From the human T2T-CHM13v2.0 reference genome, Homo sapiens: 64,000 bases of DNA. The translations under genes and the position numbers were made by a program. The DNA lies in the NCBI RefSeq assembly GCF_009914755.1, contig NC_060936.1; one strand, written 5' to 3'. Within the stretch, counting starts at the first letter, position 1. Each line of letters opens with the position of its first letter. This document shows positions 1 to 13,038 of the stretch, piece after piece. The notes beneath the pieces are model-generated. The model did no database searches. It was not told the DNA's origin and was given only the letters and a program-made list of their open reading frames with translations.

Positions 1-34
1 TAAGAAATAGTCTAGTTTTAAAATAGCAATGGTT

Positions 35-185
35 TGCCGGACACAGTGGCTCACCCCTGTAATCCCAGCATTTTGGGAGGCCGAGGTGGGCAGATTGCTT
101 GAGCCCAGGAGTTTGAGACCAGCCTGGACAACATGGTGAAACCCTGTCTCTACAAAAATTACAAACAAATAAATAAATAAAACAT
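35..185 (+). mobile_element. Alu monomer (FLAM/AluJ-like)
   Basis: gccggacacagtggctcacccctgtaatcccagc... followed by an A-rich tail. Confidence 0.8.
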
Positions 186-1553
186 TAAAATAGCAGTGGT
201 TATTCAACATATTATTGTCATAATTTTTAAACCTTTATTGAATTTGCCAGTTTTCAATATTCTGATTCACTCTGTTAAGCTAGTAAGGCAGTCTTTAAAT
301 TACACAGTCTGTGTGTTATTTTACTACTGCTCAGAGGGCATTGGAGAAGGTTCCCTTGTGATTAGAACTGTTCATGTTGAGACATGAATCATAAGGCATT
401 CCAAAGTTGGTTTAAGGTGTGTCTGCTTTAGACACTGTGCCCAGGACTATTCTTTTGCTCCAGTTTTGCCTTTTGATTAAATCAATATTATACCTGAGTT
501 TTATAAACTACTAAGAATTTGTTCCCCTTCCTCACTGTGATTTTCTTGCAGTATTTTCTTAGAAGAGTCAACTTTAATAACTTACCCCAAAGTGCACGTT
601 CTTGATATTATGAACTTGCTATTGTTGTCTTCCCAGTTTATCTTCACGGCCCAATAGATTCAAATACACTTAAAAGCAGAATATGAAAGCTGCCCTGGGT
701 TGATACGTGTATTTTTTTCTGCCTGGATAACGTAGAGTGGACACTTCCTTTCTGTCTTGAGTTATGCATAACCTGTCCAGATTTATGAAATCCCTTACTT
801 GTTACTTGTATCTTTTGCTGCCCAAAAAACCCATACAAATCAGGATTTTGCTTATATGACCATGTACTTACGATCTTTCTAACAATGCCCTTTAAATTCA
901 ATCTTTGAGAGAAGAGGGAAATTTAGATAGCACGTATTTTCAAAATGTTCTATATAGCAGATGTTCCAGATAGACTGCAAACAAATGTCAATGACTGCAG
1001 TTATCACACAAACACGTCCACGCACATCCCGCCATGACCACTGCCACCCCATGCTGTTTGAGTTCTGAGTCAGACATCTGATTCTGAGTCAGAAAACAAA
1101 ACATATTTATATCTATTTAGCTTTTCTGAAACTCTCTGGCTAGTTTAATAAATTCACAAAGTATTTCAGACAATTGTTTTCTGATCCATCTAAGTTGCAT
1201 CAGCACATTGTGTGGGGATGCAGCTGGTTTGTCCAAATGTTCAGATCAATGTGCATAATGTTCACACTACAACTGGAAATTTATATGTGATGTTTGATCA
1301 GAAATCCTGAACTTTATCTTGAATAAATGATATTGTTCAAGTTTTCAATTGCCTTCAGGACTGGGCTGATTTATGAGGCAATTCATGTGCATGATATTCT
1401 TCAAGAAATGTGCCATGAAAACTGTTCAATTGCTTGAATGGTTACTTATATATTTTATTTCTTCTGCATCTAAACTTTGTTTATATCCAAGTATCTTGTT
1501 AATAGACACATGACTGGATTATAATTAGTGTTTGCTTTAAAAAGGAAATTTTT

Positions 1554-1874
1554 TTTATTATACTTATGTTCTAGGGTACATGTGTACAACGTGCAGGTTT
1601 GTTATATATGTATACATGTACCATGTTGGTGTGCTGCACCCATTAACTCGTCATTTACATTAGGTATTTCTCCTAATGCTACACCTCTCCTATCCCCACC
1701 CCATGACAGGCCCCAGTGTGTGATGTTCCCCGTCCTGTGTCCAAGTGTTCTCATTGTTCAATTCCCACCTGTGAGTGAGAATATGCAGAGTTTGGTTTTC
1801 TGTCCTTGCGATAGTTTGCTCAGAATGATGGTTTCCAGCTTCATCCATGTCGCTACAAAGGACATGAACTCATC
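1554..1874 (-). mobile_element. 5'-truncated L1PA 3'-end fragment
   Basis: Classic L1PA 3'UTR (ctagggtacatgtgtacaacgtgcagg...); 16-bp TSD taaaaaggaaattttt at 1538-1553 and 1875-1890. Confidence 0.9.
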
Positions 1875-3337
1875 TAAAAAGGAAATTTTTAAAAGCTTAT
1901 AGGATGTGTATATAACATATTAGGGTGAATCTTATGTACAGAAATCATGGACTAATTGATACAATCCAAAACTATCACCCCCTTACTATTCACCATCTCT
2001 TGTTCCCATCTGACGTGAAATCTTCATGGAGTCAGTCTTCTCATAGACAATGAGAGAATTACCTTTAAGAATCACAAATTTTTCCTTGAAAAGAGATCCT
2101 GGGAAACTCTGATATAGCATAATTTCTTATTTGAACGTAGTATCTGCACATGAACTTCCTAGTTTAGAGGAGACTTTCACCTAGATGATATCACTGCAAA
2201 CACTCTTTTAGCTTGCTATTCTTAGCATGGAGGGCGGGAGGTATGGCAGAGGTAAAACCCTTAGGGCTTGGAGCATGGATTCAAGATGAAAGCCGTGTCC
2301 TAAGCAGTCAGTAAACAGGAGGGAAATGAGCCAAAGAAGGCGGGTGAAGGGATCCAGGTGATTGAGATACTTAAAGATAGAAGGTTTTGGGGTGACGGCC
2401 AAGGAGAAAACCAAAGCCAAATACAGCTTGCTCAACAACTCTGATAGGATAGGGACCCAAGTTTTCCCAAATGAAAAATGCAGATATGGAGAAGTAATCT
2501 GGGAAGTATAGTATAATGATTAAGAACATGGGATTTGAAATTAACAAACCTGTGTTCTCACTCAAAGTCCACAGAAGAGTGGCTGGGTAAAGTTGAGCAA
2601 ATCACATTGCCTCTCTGAGCTTCAGTATCCTCTTTGGTTAAATGCAGTTGTTGTGAATTACATAAATAACATAATAAATGCAAAATAGTAGCTAATGCTT
2701 GGCCACAGTTGATATTTGTGTTCTGCTAGAATACGTTTCTATAACATGAATCATCTCATTTGTGATTTGTAAATGGGGAAATGCTGTGGTTATATAGTAT
2801 AGAAATTATGTTGTTTCATTCACGATTTTCTTGGCACTTGGATCTGGATTGGTAGGAATAGAACTCTCACCTTCCTCAGGAAAGGAAAAAGTCCTTAGCT
2901 TGGCTGCTGAACAGACAACAGGAACCCTTTCAGCTTTATTTTGAGAAAATTAAAATAAGTGTCTGCACCTGGGCCTCCCTCCCCAGAGTCACTCTGGGTT
3001 CTACAGGGCTCTGGACTTTACAGGGCTCTACCCCAGCCTTGTAGAGCCCTGGTCTGTGTCCAATCATACTCCCTCCTGTGTTCACCTTGTTAGCCTCGCT
3101 GCCTCTATCTACATTTGCCTTTCACCCCACCACCACTGTTCTAGTGAAAGCATCACCAGCATTTCCACTCTCTTGTTTTTGTGTATTTCTAATATCCTGT
3201 GAGGCATTTAAAGTTGCATGTCTGAGTGATGCATGTGATCTTCTTAGTACTAATAATAAGTGTGTTTGTTAGTACTCTGGTTACAGTGTTGCACATACAT
3301 ACAGATAGGTAGGTAGGTAGGTAGATAGGTAGACAGA

Positions 3338-3645
3338 TTTTTTTTTTTTTTTTTTTTTTTTTTGAGACAGGATCTCATTCTGTCACCCAGGCTGGACTAT
3401 GGTGGTGGGATCATGGCTCACTGTAGCCTCAACCTCCTGGGCTCAAGTGATCCTCCTGCCTCAGCCTCCTGAGTAGCTAGGACTATAGGCGAGCACCACT
3501 ATGCCTGGCTAATTTTTAAATTTTTTGTAGAGGTAGGATCTTGCAGTGTTGCCTAGGCTGGTCTCAAACTCCTGGGCTCAAGCAATCCTCCTGCCTCAGC
3601 CTCCCAAAGTTTTGGGATTACAGGCATGAGCCACTCTGCCCAGCT
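3338..3645 (-). mobile_element. AluJ
   Basis: Reverse-complement Alu consensus with poly-T; (TAGG)n just upstream. Confidence 0.85.
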
Positions 3646-3724
3646 GCATGTATTTTTTTAGTGGTTTCTTCTTAACCCTATTTCTCTCATAATCCCTGCA
3701 TTATTTTGTTCTTATACTTTTAAC

Positions 3725-4590
3725 TTCTTTTTTATTAATGTATTTAACATGTCATAAAATGTTCAGATCTCGAGTATACTATTCAACCAGGTAGATAAAT
3801 ACACATCAAAACACGGAATTTCTATCACCCCAGAAACTTCCCTTGTGCAACTTCCCAGTCAATGCCCCGCCTCCACCTCTAGCACCCTAAGGAACAACCA
3901 CTGGTCTGATAGGTTAGCTTAGCCTGTTCTAGAACTCAGTTACACAGTATGTACTTTTTTGTGTGTTTGTCTTTTTTCTGTCAGCATGATGGGATTATGT
4001 TGTGTTTCTTAGTAGTAGTTTTTTATTATTGAGTTGTATTTCCTTGTATGAATATTCCAAAATTTGATTGTTTTTCCTGCTGTTATTGGATATCTGCAGT
4101 ATATGCAGTTTGGGGTTACGACGGACAAAGCTGCTATGAACGTCTGTGTACAAGTCTTTGTGTGCACATATGTTTTTATTTCACCTAGAATAAATATCTA
4201 GGAGTAGAACTGTTAGGACATAGCATAGCTGTGACTGTCACTTTTTAAGAAACTGTCAAACGGTTTTCGGTAGTTTTTATAGCATTTCACGCTCCCACCA
4301 GCAGTGTGGGTGGTTTTAGTGTTCCACATCTTCAGTATTTGGTAGTGTTAATCTTTGTCATTTTAGCCACTCTACTAAATGGGTATTTCATTGTGATTTT
4401 AATATATATTTTTCAGATGTAATGATGTTGGGACCTTTTTCTTGTGCTGATTGGCCATTGTATATCTTCTTTGTGAAGTGTCTAAGTCTTTCACCCATTT
4501 TAAAATTAAGTTTTCTGTCCTTTTATTCTTGGATATAAGTCCTTTGACAGATATGTGCTATGAATAGTTGATCTTAGTCTGGGGTTCTTT
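3725..4590 (-). mobile_element. Old L1M 3' region
   Basis: Degenerate L1M 3'UTR motifs (tctatcaccccagaaacttccc; ttggccattgtatatcttctttgtgaagtgtc). Confidence 0.7.
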
Positions 4591-5433
4591 AATGAACCCT
4601 GATATTTTTAATATACAATTTTACAGAACATGAGGTTTTTTCCAGTATAGATAGTATTATACAAGCCCCGTACTCTATAAATGTCATCCATCATTGATAG
4701 CTAACATGATAACGGCTCTAATAATGTTATAATTTTCATTTTCAACAGGCAATTAATTGTGGGGCCTTTGCCTGAGACCTCATTGCTTAGTCATTTAGAA
4801 AGTTGCTTTATCTCAACTTTCTTCAGAGGCAATGTATCCAAGACACCTGGTCCCATCCTACATGGCAGATGGCAACAGCAGGGGATACAGTAGCCATTGT
4901 TTTACTTCCTTCTATATGAAGCATATATTTGTTCTAGAGGCATTACAGGTCCAACTCCAAACATGTAAAGCAGAATGCAAAGGTGAATGCAAATTGTGGT
5001 CATAAGCCAACTTGTTTTGCCATGTGGAAAATATGGAAATAGTTGCTATGCATTGCACAAAACATCTGTTGAAATAAGGCTTTCAATTTGAATGCTTCAA
5101 GATAGACTGTTTCTAAAACCCAAGATTGCCTGGTGAGCAAGCAGATGGGCAATTTAGACAATCTTATACTAGCTCATCATCGCTTCTGAAACACGGCTTC
5201 ATTGGCAATTGTAAGATAGTATTCTGAATTTGTATTTTGGAGATACACGACCTTCAGAAACACACGATGGCCACTTCTTATTGCTTTGGTTGCTATTGTT
5301 TAGATGTAGATCAGAAGGAGCACAGGGCCTTCCTTCTTAATACAGTTAAGACAGAATTTTTTTAAAAATTTCATCTTTACCAGGGTCCTAAGTATTAATA
5401 AGAAATAAATTTTAAATTACTTTTGTAGGTTAG

Positions 5434-5847
<414 letters not shown>

Positions 5848-6734
5848 TGATTGAGAAGTAAGTTATTTTTACCAAAAAAAAGTCCTATAAAATAAAAAAT
5901 TTACATAGGTAATTTTCTACATAATTGAAGCTTTTAGAGCCTTTTTCCTGAAAAAAATTAAAAATTAGATTATGTACTTCTTTTCATTAGCATTATGCTC
6001 ATGACTCAGAATTTCTCCAGGCTATTAAGATATAAAACTGTTGGTTTATAAAATAAGAAGCACCAGATTTCTATGTATTTTGGATGCCAGAGTATCTGCT
6101 GTTAATAATTTTCCTGGCTGTTAGTGATTTTAAAAAAAAGTGGTAGCTATTAATATGCTTCCATCTAGCAGAGCTCCTTATATCCTTGTTTAAGTTTTGC
6201 TTTTAATCTTCTTTGGGCTGAGAAGGCAGTCAAACTGGTGAAAATTATGTATATACCCAGAGCCCACTGCTTGAGTTGAAGTGTGAGGTTTGCCACGTGA
6301 ATAAAGGGCATAAATATCAGTATCTATTCTAGTTGTTCAAAAGATTTGGGTTTATTTTCTGGTTTTGGCTATGTTTCAGAGAGTAGGATTTGTCAAATAA
6401 ATAATATGTTATTATGTACATCAAAGAGCTAGTTAAATATTAGGTACTTTTCCCCCATTTCCATTATTCCAGGCATAAGACCTTTAGAGATTTTACTTAA
6501 GCAGAAAAACAAATATTTTTAGTTTCACAGAATGATACCCTGAGTTAAGCTCTGTTCCATGAGTCTAATCTCAGCTCCATGATTTACCAGTTACCTTTTC
6601 AATCGTCTGCACATCAGTGTTCTCATGATCTGAGATCTACTTGTAGGATTCTGGGATCCTAGGGCTGTAATTTGAGGGCTCAAGCAGAGGCTTATTGGAG
6701 ATAGGATTTCTTTATCAGTAGGAGGTCAGACTGA

Positions 6735-7056
<322 letters not shown>

Positions 7057-7332
7057 AAGATGTATTCTTAGCTTAAGATTAGACAATTCTGTGACTCACT
7101 TCTAGAAGACAATTCACATGTATCTATCAAAGTAAAATTTAAATACCCAAGGGAGATAATGGCTTATCTGTTCTAGCCTGGTTTTCCATTTTTCCCGAGT
7201 CATAAGTTGAGAGTGCCATTCTCAGAAATCATTATTTTCCCTTTCCTTTTCTTGAGGCCCCAAATTTAAAGCCATTAAAAGTTTTTGAAGCAATGAAATG
7301 AATTAAAGGAGACAAGGTTAAATATGCTCATA

Positions 7333-7620
7333 CTGGGCATAGTGGCTCATGCCTGTAATCCCAGCACTGTGGGAGGCCGGGGTGGGTGGATCACCTGAAC
7401 TCAGGAGTTTGAGACCAGTCTAGACAACATGGTGAAACCCATCTCTACAAAAAATACCAAAACTAGCTGAGTGTGGGTGGCATGTGCCTGTAATTCCAGC
7501 TACTTGGGAGGTTGAAACAGGAGGATGGCTTCAGCCCAGGAGGCAGAGTTTGCAGTGAGGTGAGATCATGCCACTGCACTCCAATCTGGGCAATAGAACC
7601 AAATCCTGTCTTGAAATAAA
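7333..7620 (+). mobile_element. AluJ
   Basis: Alu consensus. Confidence 0.85.
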
Positions 7621-7679
7621 TTCATTAATTAATTAAATTAAAATGGTCATATTGAGCTGGTTATAAATTCTCTTTGTAG

Positions 7680-7741
7680 CAACAATTGAGTCACTTCAAA
7701 AGGAGTTCATTGAAGGGGAACACCATGGCTTGCTGTTTCAG
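7680..7741 (+). other. IRAG2: IRAG2 upstream exon (nominal 5'UTR; open in the CDS frame: TIESLQKEFIEGEHHGLLFQ)
   Basis: Acceptor tctctttgtag| and donor CAG|gtaaaa; 62 nt, ends in phase 0. Confidence 0.6.
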
Positions 7742-8907
7742 GTAAAATATCTCTGATATGTGTTCAGTTACTGCGGAGGAAGTTGTTCAATTCATGTAAG
7801 GTTTTGAAGCTAATTTATAACAGACAATGACTTTAATCATTAAATTAAATAACCAGTTTAGAAGAAAATGTTTTGGTGGACTTTGTTCTCTTCTGCACTT
7901 AAAGTATTTAGCAAAATAAGAAAGGAGATCTTACATTAGTGAGTGGCTACTGATAATATCTTCTAGAGAGGAAGCATTTCAGAATTTTCTTTGCCCCACC
8001 ACTATATCTATTAGCGAACAGCCAGTTTTTCAGTCTTGGGGACCTCCTTTCTGATAGTAAGGGCATATCATTCAATTTATAATATGCTGAAATTTTGAGT
8101 ATTCTTGAATAGGCTTTGATGGTTACTGTCTCTTTTTTCTTTCTCATATTTGAATTAAACTTTCTATTTCTTTCTGTATGGGTCATCTCAAGATATCCCT
8201 GGTAAAGTGTATTTCCTTCCCTTGTGATACTTGGTGAATCTCCTTTTTGTTCAGAAATGAAGAACATAAGGGAACAGCAAGGCAGCAAGGTTGGCACTGG
8301 AGGAAGATGATGGAGGAGGAAAGAAAGAAGGGTGATATTTGCATTTATCTGTTTCTAGGGCATCATGCAGACACATCTGTTAAAGCAGGAAAAAAAAAAC
8401 CATGTGGAAGATTAAGCTAGGCAGAGTGCCTGAAAAGCCCTCTGCAATAAGTTGAGCTGGAAAAACCTCCATATCTAAAGATGCTTTAATCATCTCAAGA
8501 ACACCAACAACATTTTCTATTATAATATAACTATGATAGATGTGAATCTACCTCTTGGATTAAGGCAATAATTTTATAGCTATCAAATTTTCACAGACAC
8601 CATTTTCACTACTCTGAGTTGCATCTCTAACAAGCTTCTTTAGCCTCTGCCTACAGATTTCAGTGACAAAGCCATTCAGTTTCTTGTTCCCGATCTTCAG
8701 ATTTCATTCCTAGATCAAGTAATGGGGCAAATACAATGGGAGGTTTAAAATTACAAATGTGTTCCCTTGGAGTAGAATACAAAAAGAACTTGTCAATTTC
8801 ACCCACTTTGGGTAGTGTCATATCTTCTATTAAGTCTAATGTGTTTGGGATCTTTGACTCTTTCATCATTCTGTCTTTGAATACACTCTACCATTTTCTC
8901 TTGACAG

Positions 8908-8988
8908 AGCTTTTTAGATGAGGAATTTCCTCACTATGATTCCCTGTCCTGCGCAGATGCAATTCAACAACCTCTTCAAGAAAAATTG
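8908..8988 (+). other. IRAG2: IRAG2 upstream exon (nominal 5'UTR; in-frame SFLDEEFPHYDSLSCADAIQQPLQEKL)
   Basis: Acceptor ttttctcttgacag| and donor TTG|gtaatt; 81 nt, phase 0-0. Confidence 0.75.
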
Positions 8989-9060
8989 GTAATTGCGAGC
9001 TTTTTGAAATTATTTAGGTAGTAATTGTGAATCAACAACTATCCTGTAATAGAAAGCTAA

Positions 9061-9439
<379 letters not shown>

Positions 9440-9807
9440 TGTTTTACTTTTTTTAATTGCAGTATCACGAAGAATTATGTAACTAAGTTTATTCCTCACC
9501 TATACCTCTTTCCTCAAAGCCTTTGTTTACATCAAAGTGTCAATTATTTGGAGTTGATAATGTTAGCATTCTCCTAGATTACTAAATTGTGACTTTTAAA
9601 TAAGAATCATAAGTTACTCATATGTATACCTTTTGATCAAACACTTGAAAGCTTTTTTACTTGACAGAATTTATTTTCTTCTTGATCTCTCTCACAGGGT
9701 CACTTGAGACTAGTGATATTCTTTCCACCTTTGAAATGGAGGTAGTAGATTATGAAATATATGTTACATTCCTTTAGATGGCTAATACTACTTGGTTTTC
9801 TGTTCAG

Positions 9808-9904
9808 AAGCAGTGTTGCCACAAACTATATGGTGGTCAAGAAGCAAGAATACATCAGACACCCCTGACCTTGAAACATACGTGCTGGTACACACCTCTG
9901 CTGG
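9808..9904 (+). other. IRAG2: IRAG2 upstream exon (nominal 5'UTR; in-frame KQCCHKLYGGQEARIHQTPLTLKHTCWYTPLL)
   Basis: Acceptor ttttctgttcag| and donor TGG|gtaagc; 97 nt, phase 0-1. Confidence 0.8.
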
Positions 9905-10105
9905 GTAAGCCCCCCTTCTATACCTGCTCAGACACAAGTAGGGGTAGAGTTCTATTTGAAAGGGAAAATAACTAGTTATTATTACATTTGTATAGGAAGA
10001 ATTGTTGAATACGTGTATATTTACCCCTGAATTCAGTCAATCAATATATATTTGAGTACCTGCTCTGTGCAAGGCAACATATTATGCATGATAAAGAATA
10101 AGTCC

Positions 10106-10230
10106 TGGCCAGGCACGGGGGCTCATGCCTATAATCCCAGCACCTTGGGAGGCCACAGCAGGTGGGTTGCTTGAGCCCAGGAATTCGAGACCAGCCCGGG
10201 CAACATCTCTAAAACAAACAAACAAAAAAG
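10106..10230 (+). mobile_element. Alu monomer (FLAM)
   Basis: Left-arm Alu; TSD aaagaataagtcct on both sides. Confidence 0.8.
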
Positions 10231-10896
10231 AATAAGTCCTAAAGTAGCTCACAGACTAGCAAGGAGACAAGACCTGGACTCAGAGAAGTCAAAGATGATT
10301 CCATGGAAGAGGTTAGAGTTGAACTGGCCTTGAAAGATTAGTTGGCTTTGGAAAAGCAAAAAACATCAAAAAAGTATTCTAATGGGTGAGAGTAACATGA
10401 GCAAACAAAACAAAAAAAATAAGAAGAGAAGTAAGAATCAAAAGCCTTAAGTGTTTGAAAAAGAGCCAAAGGTAGGCAAGTCATTTTGAAAATGAAAGGT
10501 TTCGGGTTGAGATACAGTAGAAGAGACATTTGGAGAAGGAAAATTGGGTTGTGGGTCAAATTTATACTCAATGCCAAGAGAAAGAGCTTTATTCCAAGAA
10601 GTGGTCAAAGTAGTGACACCTCTCAGGATAACATGGATGCAGTTAAAAGCTAAAATTAACGTCTAGTTCTGAAATGACAAAAAGAAATGATTATCAAAGT
10701 AAATTTAAGAAGGAATAAAGAGAAAAAGTAGAGTGATTTGTGGATCATTTAAATTTGAGAAGGAAAAACTACTAATACTAATGGAGTGTCTATTTTGTGT
10801 CAGGCAATATAAATTAGTGCTTTTTAGAGATTACTTGCAATAACTCAGTAACAATAACCACCACCAACAGTGGGAGTACTTAAACAGTGCTTGCTG

Positions 10897-11190
10897 GCCA
10901 GGTGCAGTGGCTCAAGCCTGTAATTCCAGCACTTTGGGAGGCCGAGGTGGGCGGATTGCTTGAGGTCAGGAGTTGGAGACCAGCCTGGCCAATATGGTGA
11001 AACCTCGTCTCTACTAAAAATACAAAAATTAGCTGGGCATGGTGGTGCACACCTGTAGTCCCAGCTACTCAGGAGGCTGAGGCAGGAGAGTCACTTGAAC
11101 CCAGGAATTGGAGGTTGCAGTGAGCCGAGATTGTACCATCACATTCCAGCCTGGGTGTCGCAGTGAGACTCAGTCTCAAAAAAAAAAAAA
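10897..11190 (+). mobile_element. AluS, followed by MIR fragments to about 11510
   Basis: Alu consensus with poly-A; MIR core (tttaatcctcaacac...gaggctcagag). Confidence 0.85.
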
Positions 11191-11634
11191 GAGAGAGAGA
11201 AAGAATGCTTGCTATGTGCCAGACACAGTTCTATGCTCTTAACATATCTATTAACTCATTTAATCCTCAACACATCCCTGTGAGGTAGATGTTAATATAA
11301 TTACCATTCAAAAGATAAGGAAACAGAGGAACATTGAGTTAATAATTTGCCCAAGGTCATCTGTCACTTTATACATAAGCAAACTGAGGCTCAGAGTGGC
11401 TTAGTTATTTATTCAAGATCACACAACTGGTATGTGGCAGAGCCAGGATCTGAACCAAAAATTTCTGATTGACCCTAAACCCTATGTTTTTTCTGTTAAA
11501 CTCTGCTGCTTCCTATACTCAGAAACACACATAACAAGATGGTTTTCCCTAATAAATGATTTGTGATCTCAACCTATTTCCCCTACCATTCTTTGATGGG
11601 TTCTAATTACCATGTCTAATGCTTTTCTCTTCTG

Positions 11635-12130
11635 GAGGCTGCAAAATTGTTCTGTAAAAGACCCGATAGTAAATATTTTAGTGTCTGCTGTAACTACTCA
11701 ACTTTACTGTTGCATCACACAAACAGCCATGGACAATGTGTGAACAAATGGGTGCAGCCGTGTTCCAGTAAAACTTTATTTATTTTTTGAGACAGGGTCT
11801 CACTTTGTCATTTAGTGGCACGAACACGGCTCACTGCAGCCTCAACCTCTTGGGCTCAAATGATTCTCCTGCCTTAGCCCCCCAAGTAGCTGGGACTACA
11901 GGCACATGCCATCACACCCAGTTAATTTTTGTCATTTTTGTAGAGATGGGGGTTTGCCATGTTGCCCAGGCTGGTCTCAAACTCCTGAGCTCAAGCAATC
12001 AACCTGCCTCGGACTCCTAAAGTGCTGGGATTACAGGCGTGAGCCACCACATCTGGCTACAGTGAAACTTTACAAAAACAGGCAGCTGGCTGGATTTTCA
12101 CCCGCTGGCTGTAGATTGTTAACCTCTCTA
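11635..12130. mobile_element. MER58-type DNA transposon interrupted by a minus-strand Alu (about 11780-12060)
   Basis: ctgtaaaagacccgatagtaaatattttag ... tgttccagtaaaactttat [Alu] acaaaaacaggcagctggctggattt. Confidence 0.7.
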
Positions 12131-12453
12131 GTTGCTTAGTGGGCAGGGGTTTTCTGACCTCTCCCACACTTAAAAAAACTTTTTTGAAATTATTATTTTG
12201 TAAATATTATTATTAGAACTAAAATTATTTTATATATATTAATATTACTATCATTCCCAAATGCTTTGTTAAAATTAAGCATTTGACGTTTTTACCCTCT
12301 GTGATTAGGCATCAAGGGAGTTTATGTTAAAATGTGAATAGAAGCGGGTTAACTTTCACTTTTTCAGTCTCTCAAGAAGGAAAGACTTTATGCTTCAATA
12401 TAGTTTGAACCAGAAATTGGTCTCTATTTTTATTTTTTTCTGTTCTACTGCAG

Positions 12454-12601
12454 ATGCCTTATCTCTGGATAGTTTTACAGCAGTTCCAACCCTGGAATCA
12501 ACACCTTTCTCAGGTGTAGCCAACCAAATCCACACTCTGTGTGAAAGGCCCACATATGGAGAAGTAAAGGATGGTGCTTTGGATGTAAAAAGACAACACA
12601 A
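12454..12601 (+). other. IRAG2: IRAG2 upstream exon, in frame (DALSLDSFTAVPTLESTPFSGVANQIHTLCERPTYGEVKDGALDVKRQHK); contains candidate CUG start at 12492
   Basis: Long pyrimidine tract + ctactgcag| and donor CAA|gtaggt. ESTPFSG...RQHK is the N-terminus of the 555-aa LRMP form as recalled. Confidence 0.9.
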
Positions 12602-12744
12602 GTAGGTTAAGAGCAAAATTTACTTACTCTACTCCTCATGGGTGGCCCATTCCCATTGCCTAACATTTTAATTGGTCAGATTTTCATAACGTGAGATCAC
12701 ATCTTTATTGTCGAACTTCTCTAACTTCCTGAAAATTTACAATT

Positions 12745-13038
12745 TCTTTCTTTCTTTTTTTTTTTTTTTGAGATGGAATCTCGCTCTCTTGCCCACACTG
12801 GAGTGCAGTGATGTGATCTCGGCTGCCTCCCGAGGTCAAGCAATTCTCATGCCTCAGCCTTCCAAGTAGCTGGGACTACAGACGCATGCCACCATGCCCA
12901 GCTAGTTTTTGTATTTTTAGTAGAGATGGGGTTTTGCCACGTTGGCCAGGCTGGTCTCGAACTCTTGGCCTCAAGTGATCTGCCCTCCTCGGCCTCCCAA
13001 AGTGCTGGGACTACAGGTGTGAGCCACCACGCCCAGCC
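12745..13038 (-). mobile_element. AluS
   Basis: TSD gaaaatttacaattt. Confidence 0.85.
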
